IMG/VR virus record: IMGVR_UViG_3300018019_000494
Reading direction: 5' to 3' (one strand)
Length of the DNA stretch: 11,188 nucleotides
Source: a virus
The notes beneath the pieces are model-generated. The model ran no database searches. It was not told the DNA's origin and worked only from the letters and a program-made list of their open reading frames with translations. The translations under genes were made by a program, and so were the position numbers. Below are positions 1 to 7,678 of this stretch, in pieces (position 1 is the first letter of the stretch; each line of letters begins with the position of its first letter).

Positions 1-76
1 GGACACCAAGAAACGGTTCTACCAGCCTCACCATTATCAACCCCCCCAGACTGGACACCCTCCAACCTATGCGTCG

Positions 77-286
77 ATGTCGTCTTCCGGTTCGCTCTCG
101 GTGGGTTACTCATCGTCTTCTTCTGCGGAAGAGCTTCGGCGCGAGTTATCAACACCTGACGTGAGGCCGTTGACCGAAGAAGAGGTTGCGTTCTTCGCCA
201 GATACGAGAAGCAGATGAGAGAATTTGTTGTCAACGGCGGGGAGCGTAGGTCAGCTTTTTGGAGGCCATTCAATGGCAAAGGCTAA
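77..286 (+). CDS. Hypothetical Ser-rich small protein. The frame is open from the left window edge, so this could be the 3' part of a longer gene starting upstream of the window.
   Basis: ORF in track. The same frame has no stop between position 2 and 286. GC3 is moderate. There is no strong RBS before ATG 77. Confidence 0.35.
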   Translation: MSSSGSLSVGYSSSSSAEELRRELSTPDVRPLTEEEVAFFARYEKQMREFVVNGGERRSAFWRPFNGKG

Positions 287-289
287 TAT

Positions 290-928
290 GTGGAGGAACT
301 CGTGAGAGAAATAGCGAGCAAGAACCTTAAGCCTAGCGTGAACTACCGCATGGTCCACAGCCGCAAGGGCGAAGCCGTGGTCAAGTGCGTGGAGCCTGAC
401 ACTGACGGCGGGACGTTCGTCGTCATCGAGGGCGAACTCCGGGGCATCAACGATTTCTATGGTCCGGGCGACAAGTTCACTACCATCAATAACCTTGCCA
501 AGTTCTACCGGGAGAAGCCCACCACCGCGAAGAACGTCAAGCAGCGCACGACCAAGCCTGTCCCGATGGGGGAGTTCGGCAAGGACCACTGGAGCACATT
601 CGCCTACCTTGAGACCTGTTGCGTAGACAACGGCGGCGTGGTTGATATTCAACGCATGCGCTGTGCCGCTAACCGTCATCCGCAGTTCGCCCATGCTGGT
701 AGCGATAACGGCATTAGGTATCCGACTCGCACCAAGAGGGGTGAAATCAAGAACCACGACGATTGGGATTGCCTCGACGACTGCGAACTGGTAGGATTGA
801 TCGAGAACACGGGCACGGCGCTTCATCGCGTCTACAAGATTACGGAACTGGGATTCGCGGTCGCCGGGCAGCTTCGTCAACATAAGGCGAACGGTGAAAA
901 TTTCGACAACTTCGTACCGAAGATTTGA
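290..928 (+). CDS. Hypothetical protein, 212 aa, GTG start
   Basis: Long ORF with strong GC3 bias. It starts 4 nt after the stop of the upstream ORF. No recognisable domain. Confidence 0.7.
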   Translation: MEELVREIASKNLKPSVNYRMVHSRKGEAVVKCVEPDTDGGTFVVIEGELRGINDFYGPGDKFTTINNLAKFYREKPTTAKNVKQRTTKPVPMGEFGKDHWSTFAYLETCCVDNGGVVDIQRMRCAANRHPQFAHAGSDNGIRYPTRTKRGEIKNHDDWDCLDDCELVGLIENTGTALHRVYKITELGFAVAGQLRQHKANGENFDNFVPKI

Positions 929-948
929 CTAGCATCTAGGGGAAGAAC

Positions 949-1173
949 ATGGCCAAGGTCGATCTGCCCAACTTACGGAATGCCTGCCAGAGGATGATCG
1001 AGCTTATCGACGAGATCAGCAACCCCGCAACCGACTCCTCGGGCGCACGCAACTTCGGCTTCGCTATGATCGCCGACGAGATCAGGTTCGAGATCGACGG
1101 CGGCGAAAGCTGCGTCCCATCCGTGCGGGAGCGGGCGGCTTTGGTCAAAAGATACGAGAATGAAGACGCGTAA
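949..1173 (+). CDS. Hypothetical small acidic protein, 74 aa
   Basis: ATG preceded by RBS-like GGGGAAG at 938-944. High GC3. Confidence 0.65.
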   Translation: MAKVDLPNLRNACQRMIELIDEISNPATDSSGARNFGFAMIADEIRFEIDGGESCVPSVRERAALVKRYENEDA

Positions 1174-1291
1174 GACGACGAAGCGTAAGAAGAAGCAACC
1201 GAAGCGGTCAACGCCGCTCCCGTCGTACAAGATCGACTGGAGCTACTTGCATCCGCTGATCCGAGACAAACGAGGATTACTGCCGGTATGA
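1160..1291 (+). CDS. Unlisted small, highly basic protein, 43 aa (MKTRKTTKRKKKQPKRSTPLPSYKIDWSYLHPLIRDKRGLLPV)
   Basis: Found by manual translation. GC3 is about 80%. It fills an otherwise 115-nt gap in a tightly packed region. Its TGA forms an ATGA overlap with the 1288 start. Confidence 0.4.
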   Translation: MKTRKTTKRKKKQPKRSTPLPSYKIDWSYLHPLIRDKRGLLPV

Positions 1292-1542
1292 CACCGAGCG
1301 ATCTCGAAATTCTGGTCCACTGCCACGTCAGCCCCGACCCGCACCCACGGCTGCACGCGCCCGCCGTGAAGGACGCGATCCGGCAGTTCCTCGCGGACGG
1401 GATCATCAAGAGGGTTAGTGTAGACATCTATGGGTCAACCGAGCGCGGGGAGATGTGGCTGGAGATGATACTGGACACCCCGATGCCCGTCTACCAACTG
1501 GTGGACCCGCGCAAGCTAGGCCCGACCCTGGAGGAATCATGA
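1288..1542 (+). CDS. Hypothetical protein, 84 aa
   Basis: ORF with high GC3 and an ATGA overlap with the upstream small ORF. Confidence 0.7.
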   Translation: MTPSDLEILVHCHVSPDPHPRLHAPAVKDAIRQFLADGIIKRVSVDIYGSTERGEMWLEMILDTPMPVYQLVDPRKLGPTLEES

Positions 1543-1793
1543 CAACGAAGCGAACGAGGAAGAGCAAGCGGTTCTGGGAGCACGAATACGCCGTCACGAA
1601 GGTTGACCCGGCGTCGGACCGGACCGAGGTGGCGATAGTCGTCGGCAGCCTTGACGCCACGGCGAAGCAGGAAGAGTTCGAGGACGCGGGCTTCTTCGCC
1701 GTCGTCTTCAACAACACGACCAAGGAAGAGGAGTACCGGACGCCTGGCTGCGAGCTTCGGGCGCGGACGGAGAGCGATGAAACCCAAGCCTAG
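1539..1793 (+). CDS. Hypothetical protein, 84 aa, basic N-terminus
   Basis: ATG 1539 overlaps the upstream stop (ATGA). A strong GGAGGA RBS lies at 1530-1535. High GC3. Confidence 0.7.
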   Translation: MTTKRTRKSKRFWEHEYAVTKVDPASDRTEVAIVVGSLDATAKQEEFEDAGFFAVVFNNTTKEEEYRTPGCELRARTESDETQA

Positions 1794-2151
1794 CCAGATG
1801 AACCGCAGGCGCTTCATCGCCATGCTGGGCATGGCACCGGCGGTGGTCGCGGCGGCCAGGCTTCTGCCCAAGCTAGATGCGGTTGCCAGTGTGTCCACGC
1901 CGGTCACCGCATACGCCGACTCCATCGGGCAAGCACTTGAGTTCGCCCCAAGCCACGGGTACAAACCTGGGGACGTTGTCTGCATCACCGGAACAAGCGG
2001 GGGATGGGACGGCGTCTACCGGATGACCGACGACAGGGTCTTCCGACCGAGACCCTGCTCCGCGCCGTGTACCTGCGCGTGGACAACAACATCGTCAGCG
2101 ATATCGTTCGCGCCGAGACGAAAGACCTCGTCAACGTGGACATCAAGCTGA
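1777..2151 (+). CDS. N-terminal segment with a twin-arginine-like signal and TM helix (MKPKPSQMNRRRFIAMLGMAPAVVAAARLL...). Its coding signal ends near 2040. It is probably the N-terminus of the downstream SPFH protein, joined through a -1 frame change.
   Basis: Frame-1 GC3 is near 100% up to about 2040 and then collapses, at which point the -1 frame (the 2004 ORF) takes over. GGAGAG lies 4 nt upstream of ATG 1777. An alternative ATG is at 1798. Confidence 0.5.
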   Translation: MKPKPSQMNRRRFIAMLGMAPAVVAAARLLPKLDAVASVSTPVTAYADSIGQALEFAPSHGYKPGDVVCITGTSGGWDGVYRMTDDRVFRPRPCSAPCTCAWTTTSSAISFAPRRKTSSTWTSS

Positions 2152-2996
2152 GCTACCGCGTCAACTTCCTGCGTGAGCACAAGGATAGGTGGTTCTCCGT
2201 CGAGAACTACGTCAAGTTCCTGTGCGACCACATGCGCAGCCGCCTGAAGGGCGCGGTGAAGAAGCTCGGCGTGAAGGAGTTCATCGAGAACTCCACCGCC
2301 ATCGTCCGCGACACCATCCTCGGTGCCAAAGTCGGGGGCGAGGTACGCCACTTCACATTCGCTGAGAACGGCATGGACGTCTACGACGTCGAAGTGCTGG
2401 GCGCGACCATCAGCGATGACAAGATCGCCGGGCTGCTCCGCAACGCGCAGCAGACCGCCGTCACCACCGCGATCAACCTGTCGGTCGAGGAAGCCTCCCT
2501 CGAAGCCAAGAAGCGCAGCATTGAGATTCAGTCTCAAGTCGCCAAGCTTGACCACACCCTTGCGACAAAGAAACTGGAACTCGCTTCCACGCTGGAGAAG
2601 GCCGAAGCCGAACAGACCATGGCACGCTTGCAGGAAGAGATCGCGCAGACGGTCGCGAAGATGACCGCCCGCGTGGACGAGCAAGCGCAACTCGACACCA
2701 TCGCCGCCGCGACGCTCACGCGCCGCCAGGGTGAGGAGAACTACACGATCTCGCTGGAACAGCAGCGTGTGGACTTCTTCGCGAAGCGCATGGAAGCCGT
2801 CACCCCGGACCTCATCGCCGCGATGAACACCCTCGGCAACAACGAGTTCGCGACGAAGCTGGCCACCGCAATCGCCCCGCTTGCCCTGCACGAACAGAGC
2901 GGCATCGGAACCACCCTGGAGAAGGTTTTCGCCAACACCCCGTTCGCGACGATCCTTACCAACCTGCAATCCAAGCCCGCGAAGGCCGGTCAATAA
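2004..2996 (+). CDS. SPFH/band-7 (stomatin/HflK/C/flotillin-like) domain protein with a C-terminal coiled-coil Ala/Glu/Gln-rich region
   Basis: The segment ...IVSDIVRAETKDLVNVDIKLSYRV... followed by a long EA/K-rich helix resembles the SPFH core plus coiled coil. GC3 is strong from about 2040 onward. The true N-terminus is probably the 1777 ORF. Confidence 0.65.
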   Translation: MGRRLPDDRRQGLPTETLLRAVYLRVDNNIVSDIVRAETKDLVNVDIKLSYRVNFLREHKDRWFSVENYVKFLCDHMRSRLKGAVKKLGVKEFIENSTAIVRDTILGAKVGGEVRHFTFAENGMDVYDVEVLGATISDDKIAGLLRNAQQTAVTTAINLSVEEASLEAKKRSIEIQSQVAKLDHTLATKKLELASTLEKAEAEQTMARLQEEIAQTVAKMTARVDEQAQLDTIAAATLTRRQGEENYTISLEQQRVDFFAKRMEAVTPDLIAAMNTLGNNEFATKLATAIAPLALHEQSGIGTTLEKVFANTPFATILTNLQSKPAKAGQ

Positions 2997-3014
2997 GCCT
3001 TCGGCAGTAAAAAC

Positions 3015-3048
3015 CAGAGGGGGAGCCACCCGGCTCCCCCTTTCTTTT
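3015..3048 (+). terminator. Rho-independent terminator
   Basis: AGAGGGGGAGCC-ACCC-GGCTCCCCCT stem-loop followed by TTTCTTTT, directly after the SPFH gene stop. Confidence 0.8.
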
Positions 3049-3060
3049 AGGGGATGTTAT

Positions 3061-3231
3061 ATGAATGTCAACTGTCGCGGATGCGGCAAGGAAATTCCAG
3101 AAGATAAAGCATTGTATCGCGGTTCACCCGCTAAGAACCACGACGAGTTGGCCGGGCGCGATTGGAAGGACTTCGCAAAGTGCGAAGACTGTGACTACCA
3201 AGATTATAGCAACACCTATGGCGGGATGTGA
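3061..3231 (+). CDS. Small zinc-ribbon protein, 56 aa (CRGCGKE...CEDCDY)
   Basis: ATG with a GGGGA RBS 6 nt upstream. Two CxxC pairs. Confidence 0.65.
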   Translation: MNVNCRGCGKEIPEDKALYRGSPAKNHDELAGRDWKDFAKCEDCDYQDYSNTYGGM

Positions 3232-3452
3232 TCTGGCTGGCCTACGTCGGTTTCGTGCTCGTCTTCCTGTCCTACGCGAGGATTCCCAAGAGTCCCCGCT
3301 CCGGGTGGGCATACGGGGCGTTGGGGAACGTCCTTTACACTATTGCATTCCTGCCCTACCGTAGGGTAGAGTTGCTTTTAGCGCCCGTCGCATTCGCGGC
3401 GCTGTCCGCGTGGAACCTATGGCGAGAACTAAGGAAGACATCCTCGAACTGA
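3228..3452 (+). CDS. Small membrane protein with two predicted TM helices, GTG start
   Basis: GTGA overlap with the upstream stop. Hydrophobic stretches LAYVGFVLVFLSY and LLLAPVAFAALSAW. Confidence 0.55.
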   Translation: MIWLAYVGFVLVFLSYARIPKSPRSGWAYGALGNVLYTIAFLPYRRVELLLAPVAFAALSAWNLWRELRKTSSN

Positions 3453-4261
3453 TCCGGCACACGCCGTTCATGTGGCCCGACTCCGTCATCCACGTATTTA
3501 TATCCGGCTCCGCGATGCACGGCGCGACCGGAAGCCAGCCGACCGACACCGACATCTCCGGGGTGTACATTCAGCCCGTGGAGACGGTGCTGGGCATCCC
3601 GCAGAAGAATGAGGATGGCAAATGGTTCGATCCGGACACCCAGGTGTGGAGCAGCGCTGGCGACCACAGCAAGAACACCGCCGACGACATCGACGTGAAC
3701 CTGTACTCGCTCCGCAAGTGGGCGGGCATGGCGGCGAGTGGGAACACCACCGCCTTGGAGTTTCTGTTTGTGAAGAACATGGTCTGTGAGACTCCTTTGG
3801 AATATACCGTTTGGGATAAGTACATCCTGCCGAACACGCAGCACTTTATCTCCAAGCGTGCGGGCTTCCACTTCGCCGCCTTCGCGGAGGCGATGAAGCT
3901 GCGGCTGAGCGGCGGGAGCACGGGGAGGCACGGGCAAAGACCGGAGCTTGAGACCGAGTTCGGGTACGACGTCAAGGGGGCCATGCACATGCTGCGCATG
4001 CTGGGCGAGGGCATCGAGCTTATGACCACCGGCGCGATCACCCTGCCTTGCCCGGAAGCGGCGTTCCTGAAGGCCGTTCGGAACGGCGAGCTTTCATGGG
4101 CGCAGGTCGATGGGATCGCCGACGCGAGGTTCAGCATCCTTGGCGAGTGCCGCGAGAAGTCTTTCCTGCCTGACGAGATCGACCGGGCGGCGATCAGCAG
4201 GATCATCACCGACGCGCAGATCGAATTCTGGGGCTTGGTAGGCAGCAGGAGGGCGATATGA
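3410..4261 (+). CDS. Nucleotidyltransferase-fold protein of the Pol-beta superfamily. Possibly RlaP-like, that is, of the RNA-ligase-associated type.
   Basis: hG[GS]x(9-13)DxD motif in VFISGSAMHGATGSQPTDTDISGVYI, a later acidic IDVNL strand, then a helical C-terminal domain. The start is GTG 3410; the alternative ATG 3419 is equally plausible. Confidence 0.65.
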   Translation: MEPMARTKEDILELIRHTPFMWPDSVIHVFISGSAMHGATGSQPTDTDISGVYIQPVETVLGIPQKNEDGKWFDPDTQVWSSAGDHSKNTADDIDVNLYSLRKWAGMAASGNTTALEFLFVKNMVCETPLEYTVWDKYILPNTQHFISKRAGFHFAAFAEAMKLRLSGGSTGRHGQRPELETEFGYDVKGAMHMLRMLGEGIELMTTGAITLPCPEAAFLKAVRNGELSWAQVDGIADARFSILGECREKSFLPDEIDRAAISRIITDAQIEFWGLVGSRRAI

Positions 4262-4446
4262 AAGCACAACACATCAGCGGGGACATTTGGGAGTACAAGG
4301 GCTACAAAATCAGGCTTTCTTACTCGCCGGGGTACGAATCGACTGTTTCCGTAGAGGTTGCGGGCGTCCCTCTGGAAGATGGCCTCAGAGATACTTTCTA
4401 TGCCGTCAAAGCGGCAGAAGAGTACATAGACTCCAGGACTGAATGA
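4258..4446 (+). CDS. Hypothetical protein, 62 aa
   Basis: ATGA overlap. AGGAGGG RBS at 4245-4251. Confidence 0.65.
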   Translation: MKAQHISGDIWEYKGYKIRLSYSPGYESTVSVEVAGVPLEDGLRDTFYAVKAAEEYIDSRTE

Positions 4447-4721
4447 GCAACCCGTGTGAGCTATGCGGGCGGACAGCCCTTCCGCTGACGAAGCATCATT
4501 TGATCCCCAAGGCACGGCACAACAAGCGGGTGAGGCGCGACCTCGGCGCGGACAGGAATAAGGTCGCCATGATGTGTCGGCCTTGCCAAAACGCGATCCA
4601 CGCCTTCTTCACGGAGAAGCAGCTTGAGCGCGAGTATTACACCATCGACCTCTTGAAGAAAAACGAGCAGGTGATACACTGGATAGAGTGGGTGAAAAAG
4701 AGACCCACGTGGGGGCTGTGA
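4443..4721 (+). CDS. Small HNH-family endonuclease-like protein, 92 aa
   Basis: CxxC...HH(L)IP...CxxC...H arrangement (CELCG..TKHHLIPKA..CRPCQNAIH). ATGA overlap. Confidence 0.65.
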   Translation: MSNPCELCGRTALPLTKHHLIPKARHNKRVRRDLGADRNKVAMMCRPCQNAIHAFFTEKQLEREYYTIDLLKKNEQVIHWIEWVKKRPTWGL

Positions 4722-4885
4722 TGGCAGACCGGGCTTTGTTCATCGTCTGTTTGGCGGCGCTGGTTGTTGGGGGCGGCTGGTGGCTTACCAAGCTCGACTT
4801 CCCGGACGACATCGAGTGCCGCAGGATGTCCCGCGAGCACGGGGTGTGCAGGGATTGCAGGTGCCCGTGCCACGGGCGGGCATGA
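4721..4885 (+). CDS. Small membrane-anchored Cys-rich protein, 54 aa
   Basis: ATG overlaps the upstream TGA. TM helix FIVCLAALVVGGGWWL followed by CRRMSREHGVCRDCRCPCH. Confidence 0.5.
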   Translation: MADRALFIVCLAALVVGGGWWLTKLDFPDDIECRRMSREHGVCRDCRCPCHGRA

Positions 4886-5073
4886 TGACTTACTACACCC
4901 ACCGGCGCGGGCTTCAGTTCTTTCTGGAGGTCACGGGCATCGCCTTCGAGGGGCACTACCCCTTCAAGATCAGCAACGTGGGCGAACTAGCAATCGAGAG
5001 CATGGCATCGGCGGGCGGAGAAAGCTGGGTCTGGGACAAGCCGAGAGAGATTCCGAGGAGCATGGTCAATTGA
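4882..5073 (+). CDS. Hypothetical protein, 63 aa
   Basis: ATGATG start overlapping the upstream stop (ATGA). GC3 is high from this point. The longer listed ORF 4780.. has poor upstream coding character. Confidence 0.55.
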   Translation: MMTYYTHRRGLQFFLEVTGIAFEGHYPFKISNVGELAIESMASAGGESWVWDKPREIPRSMVN

Positions 5074-5210
5074 AAACCAAAGCGGAAAAGGTCTACGCTC
5101 TCTTCGAGAAGCACACGGGTTTCTGCGAGTTCTACCGCAAGGGTCATGGGGCATGCACCTGCGGGGCGTGCAAACCGTGCAGTGACAAGAACTGCGGGGA
5201 GCACCGATGA
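5070..5210 (+). CDS. Small Cys-rich (zinc-binding-like) protein, 46 aa, TTG start
   Basis: GAGGAG RBS at 5055-5060, about 9 nt before TTG 5070. CEFYRKGHGACTCGACKPCSDKNCGEH. The TGA forms an ATGA overlap with the next gene. Confidence 0.5.
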   Translation: MKTKAEKVYALFEKHTGFCEFYRKGHGACTCGACKPCSDKNCGEHR

Positions 5211-5434
5211 GCGACTGGAAGATCGGAGACCGCGTCCGCGTCGCCGAGGACTACACCTCGCCGTATCCCGAGACCGTCTGCCTGGACGGCACCATCACGG
5301 GCATCGAGACGCTGGAATTTGAGGGCGACCAACATTCGGATTCCGCGTTTGCACGGAGCATCGACATACCCGTGATCACGCTAGACGACGGAACGGTGCT
5401 GAGGGGTTACGAGTGTTGGTGGAGGCTACTGTGA
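5207..5434 (+). CDS. Hypothetical protein, 75 aa
   Basis: ATGA overlap. High GC3. Confidence 0.65.
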   Translation: MSDWKIGDRVRVAEDYTSPYPETVCLDGTITGIETLEFEGDQHSDSAFARSIDIPVITLDDGTVLRGYECWWRLL

Positions 5435-5514
5435 CGTTGGCTTCGATAGTGGTGGCGTGCTGCTGTGGCTGGATCGCTCGGGGATTCTTCGAGCGGTGGA
5501 TAGACAAGCGTTAA
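5431..5514 (+). CDS. Possible 27-aa TM micropeptide (VTLASIVVACCCGWIARGFFERWIDKR), GTG start
   Basis: GTGA overlap with the upstream stop. It fills the gap before the strong RBS of the 5534 gene. It is too short to score reliably. Confidence 0.3.
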   Translation: MTLASIVVACCCGWIARGFFERWIDKR

Positions 5515-5533
5515 GGAAAAGGGGACTAAAATC

Positions 5534-6733
5534 ATGTCACATTTTGCGGTTTTGGTGGTGGGCGACGACGTCGAAGGTCAATTGCAACGTTATCACGAAT
5601 TTGAATGTACTGGGCAGGACGACCAGTACGTCAAGGAGATCGACGAGACCGAGGAGGCCCGCAAAACATTCGAGAAGAACACCACCAGGCGGTACAGAGA
5701 CCCCGAGGGCAACCTCCATTCGCCCTACACCCCGGAGGGCAGCCACAGCCCGCTGTTCTGGCGCGAGCTTACGCCCGAGGAAGAGACAAAATATGGCAAG
5801 CGCATCAGCAGCAGCGAGGGGGACGATGGGCTGCGGCTGGAATCCACCGACTGGCACGACGGCAGGGGCTACCGCACGAAGGCGTTCGCCTGGCCCTCCG
5901 ATGGCTGGTCTGAGGTCGAGGTTCCGACGAGTACCGTCCAGACGTTCGCCGAGTTCTGCGCGGACTACTACGGTCACGAGGCCATCCCGTTCGGGACGGA
6001 ACCCGACCTCGCGGAGAAGCACAAGTACGGCTACACCATCGTTGACGAGCAAGACAACGTTATCAGGACAATCAATCGCACCAACCCGGACCGCAAGTGG
6101 GACGGGTACACCGTGGGCGGGCGCTGGAACGGCTTCTTCAAGCTGAAGCCGCTCGCCGTGGGCGTCCTCGGCGAACCCGGCCTACAGGTCATGAACAGCA
6201 ACTACGAGCCGGTCGCCGAAAACCGCGCCGACGTCATCATGAAGGGCGATATCGACGTCGAGGGCATGCGCGACGAGGCCGGGGAGAAAGCTGCCGAGCG
6301 CTACGACATATTCGAGCGAGTCACCGCTGGCCTGCCGCAGGCGCTCTCCTGGAAGCAGGTGCAGGAGAACAACCGCACGGGGAAGATGGACGAGGAGTAC
6401 CCCGGCGAGCCGGAGGTGGACTGGAAGACGGCGAGGGAGGATTACAACTCCCAGCCCATGGTGAAGGCCCTCCGCGCTGACAAGGAGACGATCTGGTACG
6501 AGCTTGACGAGTTCCTCTACACCCGCGAGGAGTACATCCAGCAGCACCGCGACCGCGCCCTGGTGCTCTTCGCCGTCGTGAAGGACGGTGTGTGGTACGA
6601 GCGCGGCAGGATGGGCTGGTGGGGCATGGTCTCCGACGAGAAGGACCGCGACGAGTGGAACAGGCAATTCTCGGCGCTGATCGACGGCCTGCCGGACAAC
6701 ACATTGCTGAGCGTCGTGGATTGTCACATATGA
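5534..6733 (+). CDS. Hypothetical protein, 399 aa, ORFan-like; function unknown
   Basis: Strong RBS AAGGAAAAGGGGA. Long ORF with consistent GC3. Trp-rich motifs (GGRWNGFF, GRMGWWGMVSDE). I could not recognise a domain. Confidence 0.8.
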   Translation: MSHFAVLVVGDDVEGQLQRYHEFECTGQDDQYVKEIDETEEARKTFEKNTTRRYRDPEGNLHSPYTPEGSHSPLFWRELTPEEETKYGKRISSSEGDDGLRLESTDWHDGRGYRTKAFAWPSDGWSEVEVPTSTVQTFAEFCADYYGHEAIPFGTEPDLAEKHKYGYTIVDEQDNVIRTINRTNPDRKWDGYTVGGRWNGFFKLKPLAVGVLGEPGLQVMNSNYEPVAENRADVIMKGDIDVEGMRDEAGEKAAERYDIFERVTAGLPQALSWKQVQENNRTGKMDEEYPGEPEVDWKTAREDYNSQPMVKALRADKETIWYELDEFLYTREEYIQQHRDRALVLFAVVKDGVWYERGRMGWWGMVSDEKDRDEWNRQFSALIDGLPDNTLLSVVDCHI

Positions 6734-7101
6734 AGATTTGCCAAGAGCATTGGAACCGGCTCAGGACAGCAATCGAGGAGCGCGGCCTCTCGCACTTCGT
6801 CGCGAAGGACGGCAAAGTCGCCGCCAACAATATGGTCGCCGAACTTCAAGGCGCGAACACCAAGGAGAACTACGACCCCCTAATGGCCGCCAACTTCGCG
6901 ATCTGGGGCAACGCCCTAGAGTGCTGGGGCATCGAGATGATGACGTCGGATGCGTGTCCGCTGTGCGCCCTGGACAAGCACGCGGCGGAATGCACCGAGG
7001 AAAGCTGCAACAAGCAGAGCGGGTCGGACTGGATCAGGTTCGCGGCCGACGGCCAGTTTAAGGTGGCGCAGGAGTTGGGGCTTCTGGGGGAGCCGAATTG
7101 A
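6730..7101 (+). CDS. Hypothetical protein, 123 aa
   Basis: ATGA overlap at 6730. High GC3. Confidence 0.7.
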   Translation: MKICQEHWNRLRTAIEERGLSHFVAKDGKVAANNMVAELQGANTKENYDPLMAANFAIWGNALECWGIEMMTSDACPLCALDKHAAECTEESCNKQSGSDWIRFAADGQFKVAQELGLLGEPN

Positions 7102-7191
7102 TTCGGCTAAGAAAGATTTGGCGCTGGATTTCCCAGAAGCTTTGGGGAATAAGATGCCGCAAGCCCAGCGGAACCATCTCGATGATCCGAG

Positions 7192-7407
7192 ATGTCCACG
7201 ACGGCATCCATCCGAGGTTTCGATGAAATGGTGAAAAACGTGGATGCCACAGCGGTTTGCGGGATCGAGGGCGATAAGGTCGTCCTCCGCCTCGAATCGG
7301 AGACCCCGTCCGCCGACAACGCCCGCCTCAACTTCACGGCGGAATCGGCCGAGAGGCTGGCCGGCGACTTGCTCATGTGGGCGGACAGGCTGAGGAAAAT
7401 CCGGTGA
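7192..7407 (+). CDS. Hypothetical protein, 71 aa
   Basis: ORF with high GC3. The RBS is weak. An alternative in-frame ATG is at 7228. Confidence 0.55.
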   Translation: MSTTASIRGFDEMVKNVDATAVCGIEGDKVVLRLESETPSADNARLNFTAESAERLAGDLLMWADRLRKIR

Positions 7408-7559
7408 CGGCTGAGGAGAGGAAGCAGGTCCGCGACGAGACCATCGACGAGCTTTGCGGCTGGCTGGCGTCCTGCATCGAGCACGTGGATCACGGCAGCG
7501 AGGTCTACAAGGCGTGCAACGCCATGGTCGCCGCGATGAGAGGAAAAAAGACAGTATGA
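7404..7559 (+). CDS. Hypothetical protein, 51 aa, GTG start
   Basis: GTGA overlap with the upstream stop. The alternative ATG 7377 would overlap the upstream gene by 31 nt. Confidence 0.45.
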   Translation: MTAEERKQVRDETIDELCGWLASCIEHVDHGSEVYKACNAMVAAMRGKKTV

Positions 7560-7669
7560 CACTCCTACTGACATTGCTTTTTGGCTTGGGCTTTTACATT
7601 CTTCTTGACTGGTTTGCCGGATGCAACGCGATCCCCAATTTCCTAAAGAGACTTTGGAAAAAGTCCTAA
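7556..7669 (+). CDS. Small TM protein, 37 aa (MTLLLTLLFGLGFYILLDWFAGC...)
   Basis: ATGA overlap at 7556. A single strong hydrophobic helix. Confidence 0.45.
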   Translation: MTLLLTLLFGLGFYILLDWFAGCNAIPNFLKRLWKKS

Positions 7670-7678
7670 GGAGAAGGC

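Noticed and set aside
251-883. Minus-strand ORFs throughout the window, for example 251-883, 2016-3029, 3356-3988, 3571-4515, 7107-7958, 10117-10893
   Set aside because: They are Pro/Arg/Gly/Ser-rich and lie antisense to + strand genes that have strong GC3 periodicity. This is the typical shadow-ORF pattern of a high-GC genome. None has an RBS or a sensible gene-packing context, and several span tRNA genes.
4764-5210. 148-aa ORF 4764-5210 as a single gene
   Set aside because: The upstream two-thirds is Gly/Ala/Arg-rich and overlaps two better-supported genes in other frames. Only the 3' part from TTG 5070, which has a GAGGAG RBS, looks coding.
5457-6480. + strand alternative-frame ORFs 5457-6146, 5605-5913 and 6097-6480, which are overlapping reading frames within the 399-aa gene
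   Set aside because: They are low-complexity Arg/Pro/Thr-rich translations, out of frame with a gene that has clear coding statistics.
7101-7191. A possible promoter in the 90-nt gap before gene 7192 (TTGGCG ... TAAGAT)
   Set aside because: The hexamers match poorly (4/6 at best) and the spacing is not convincing.
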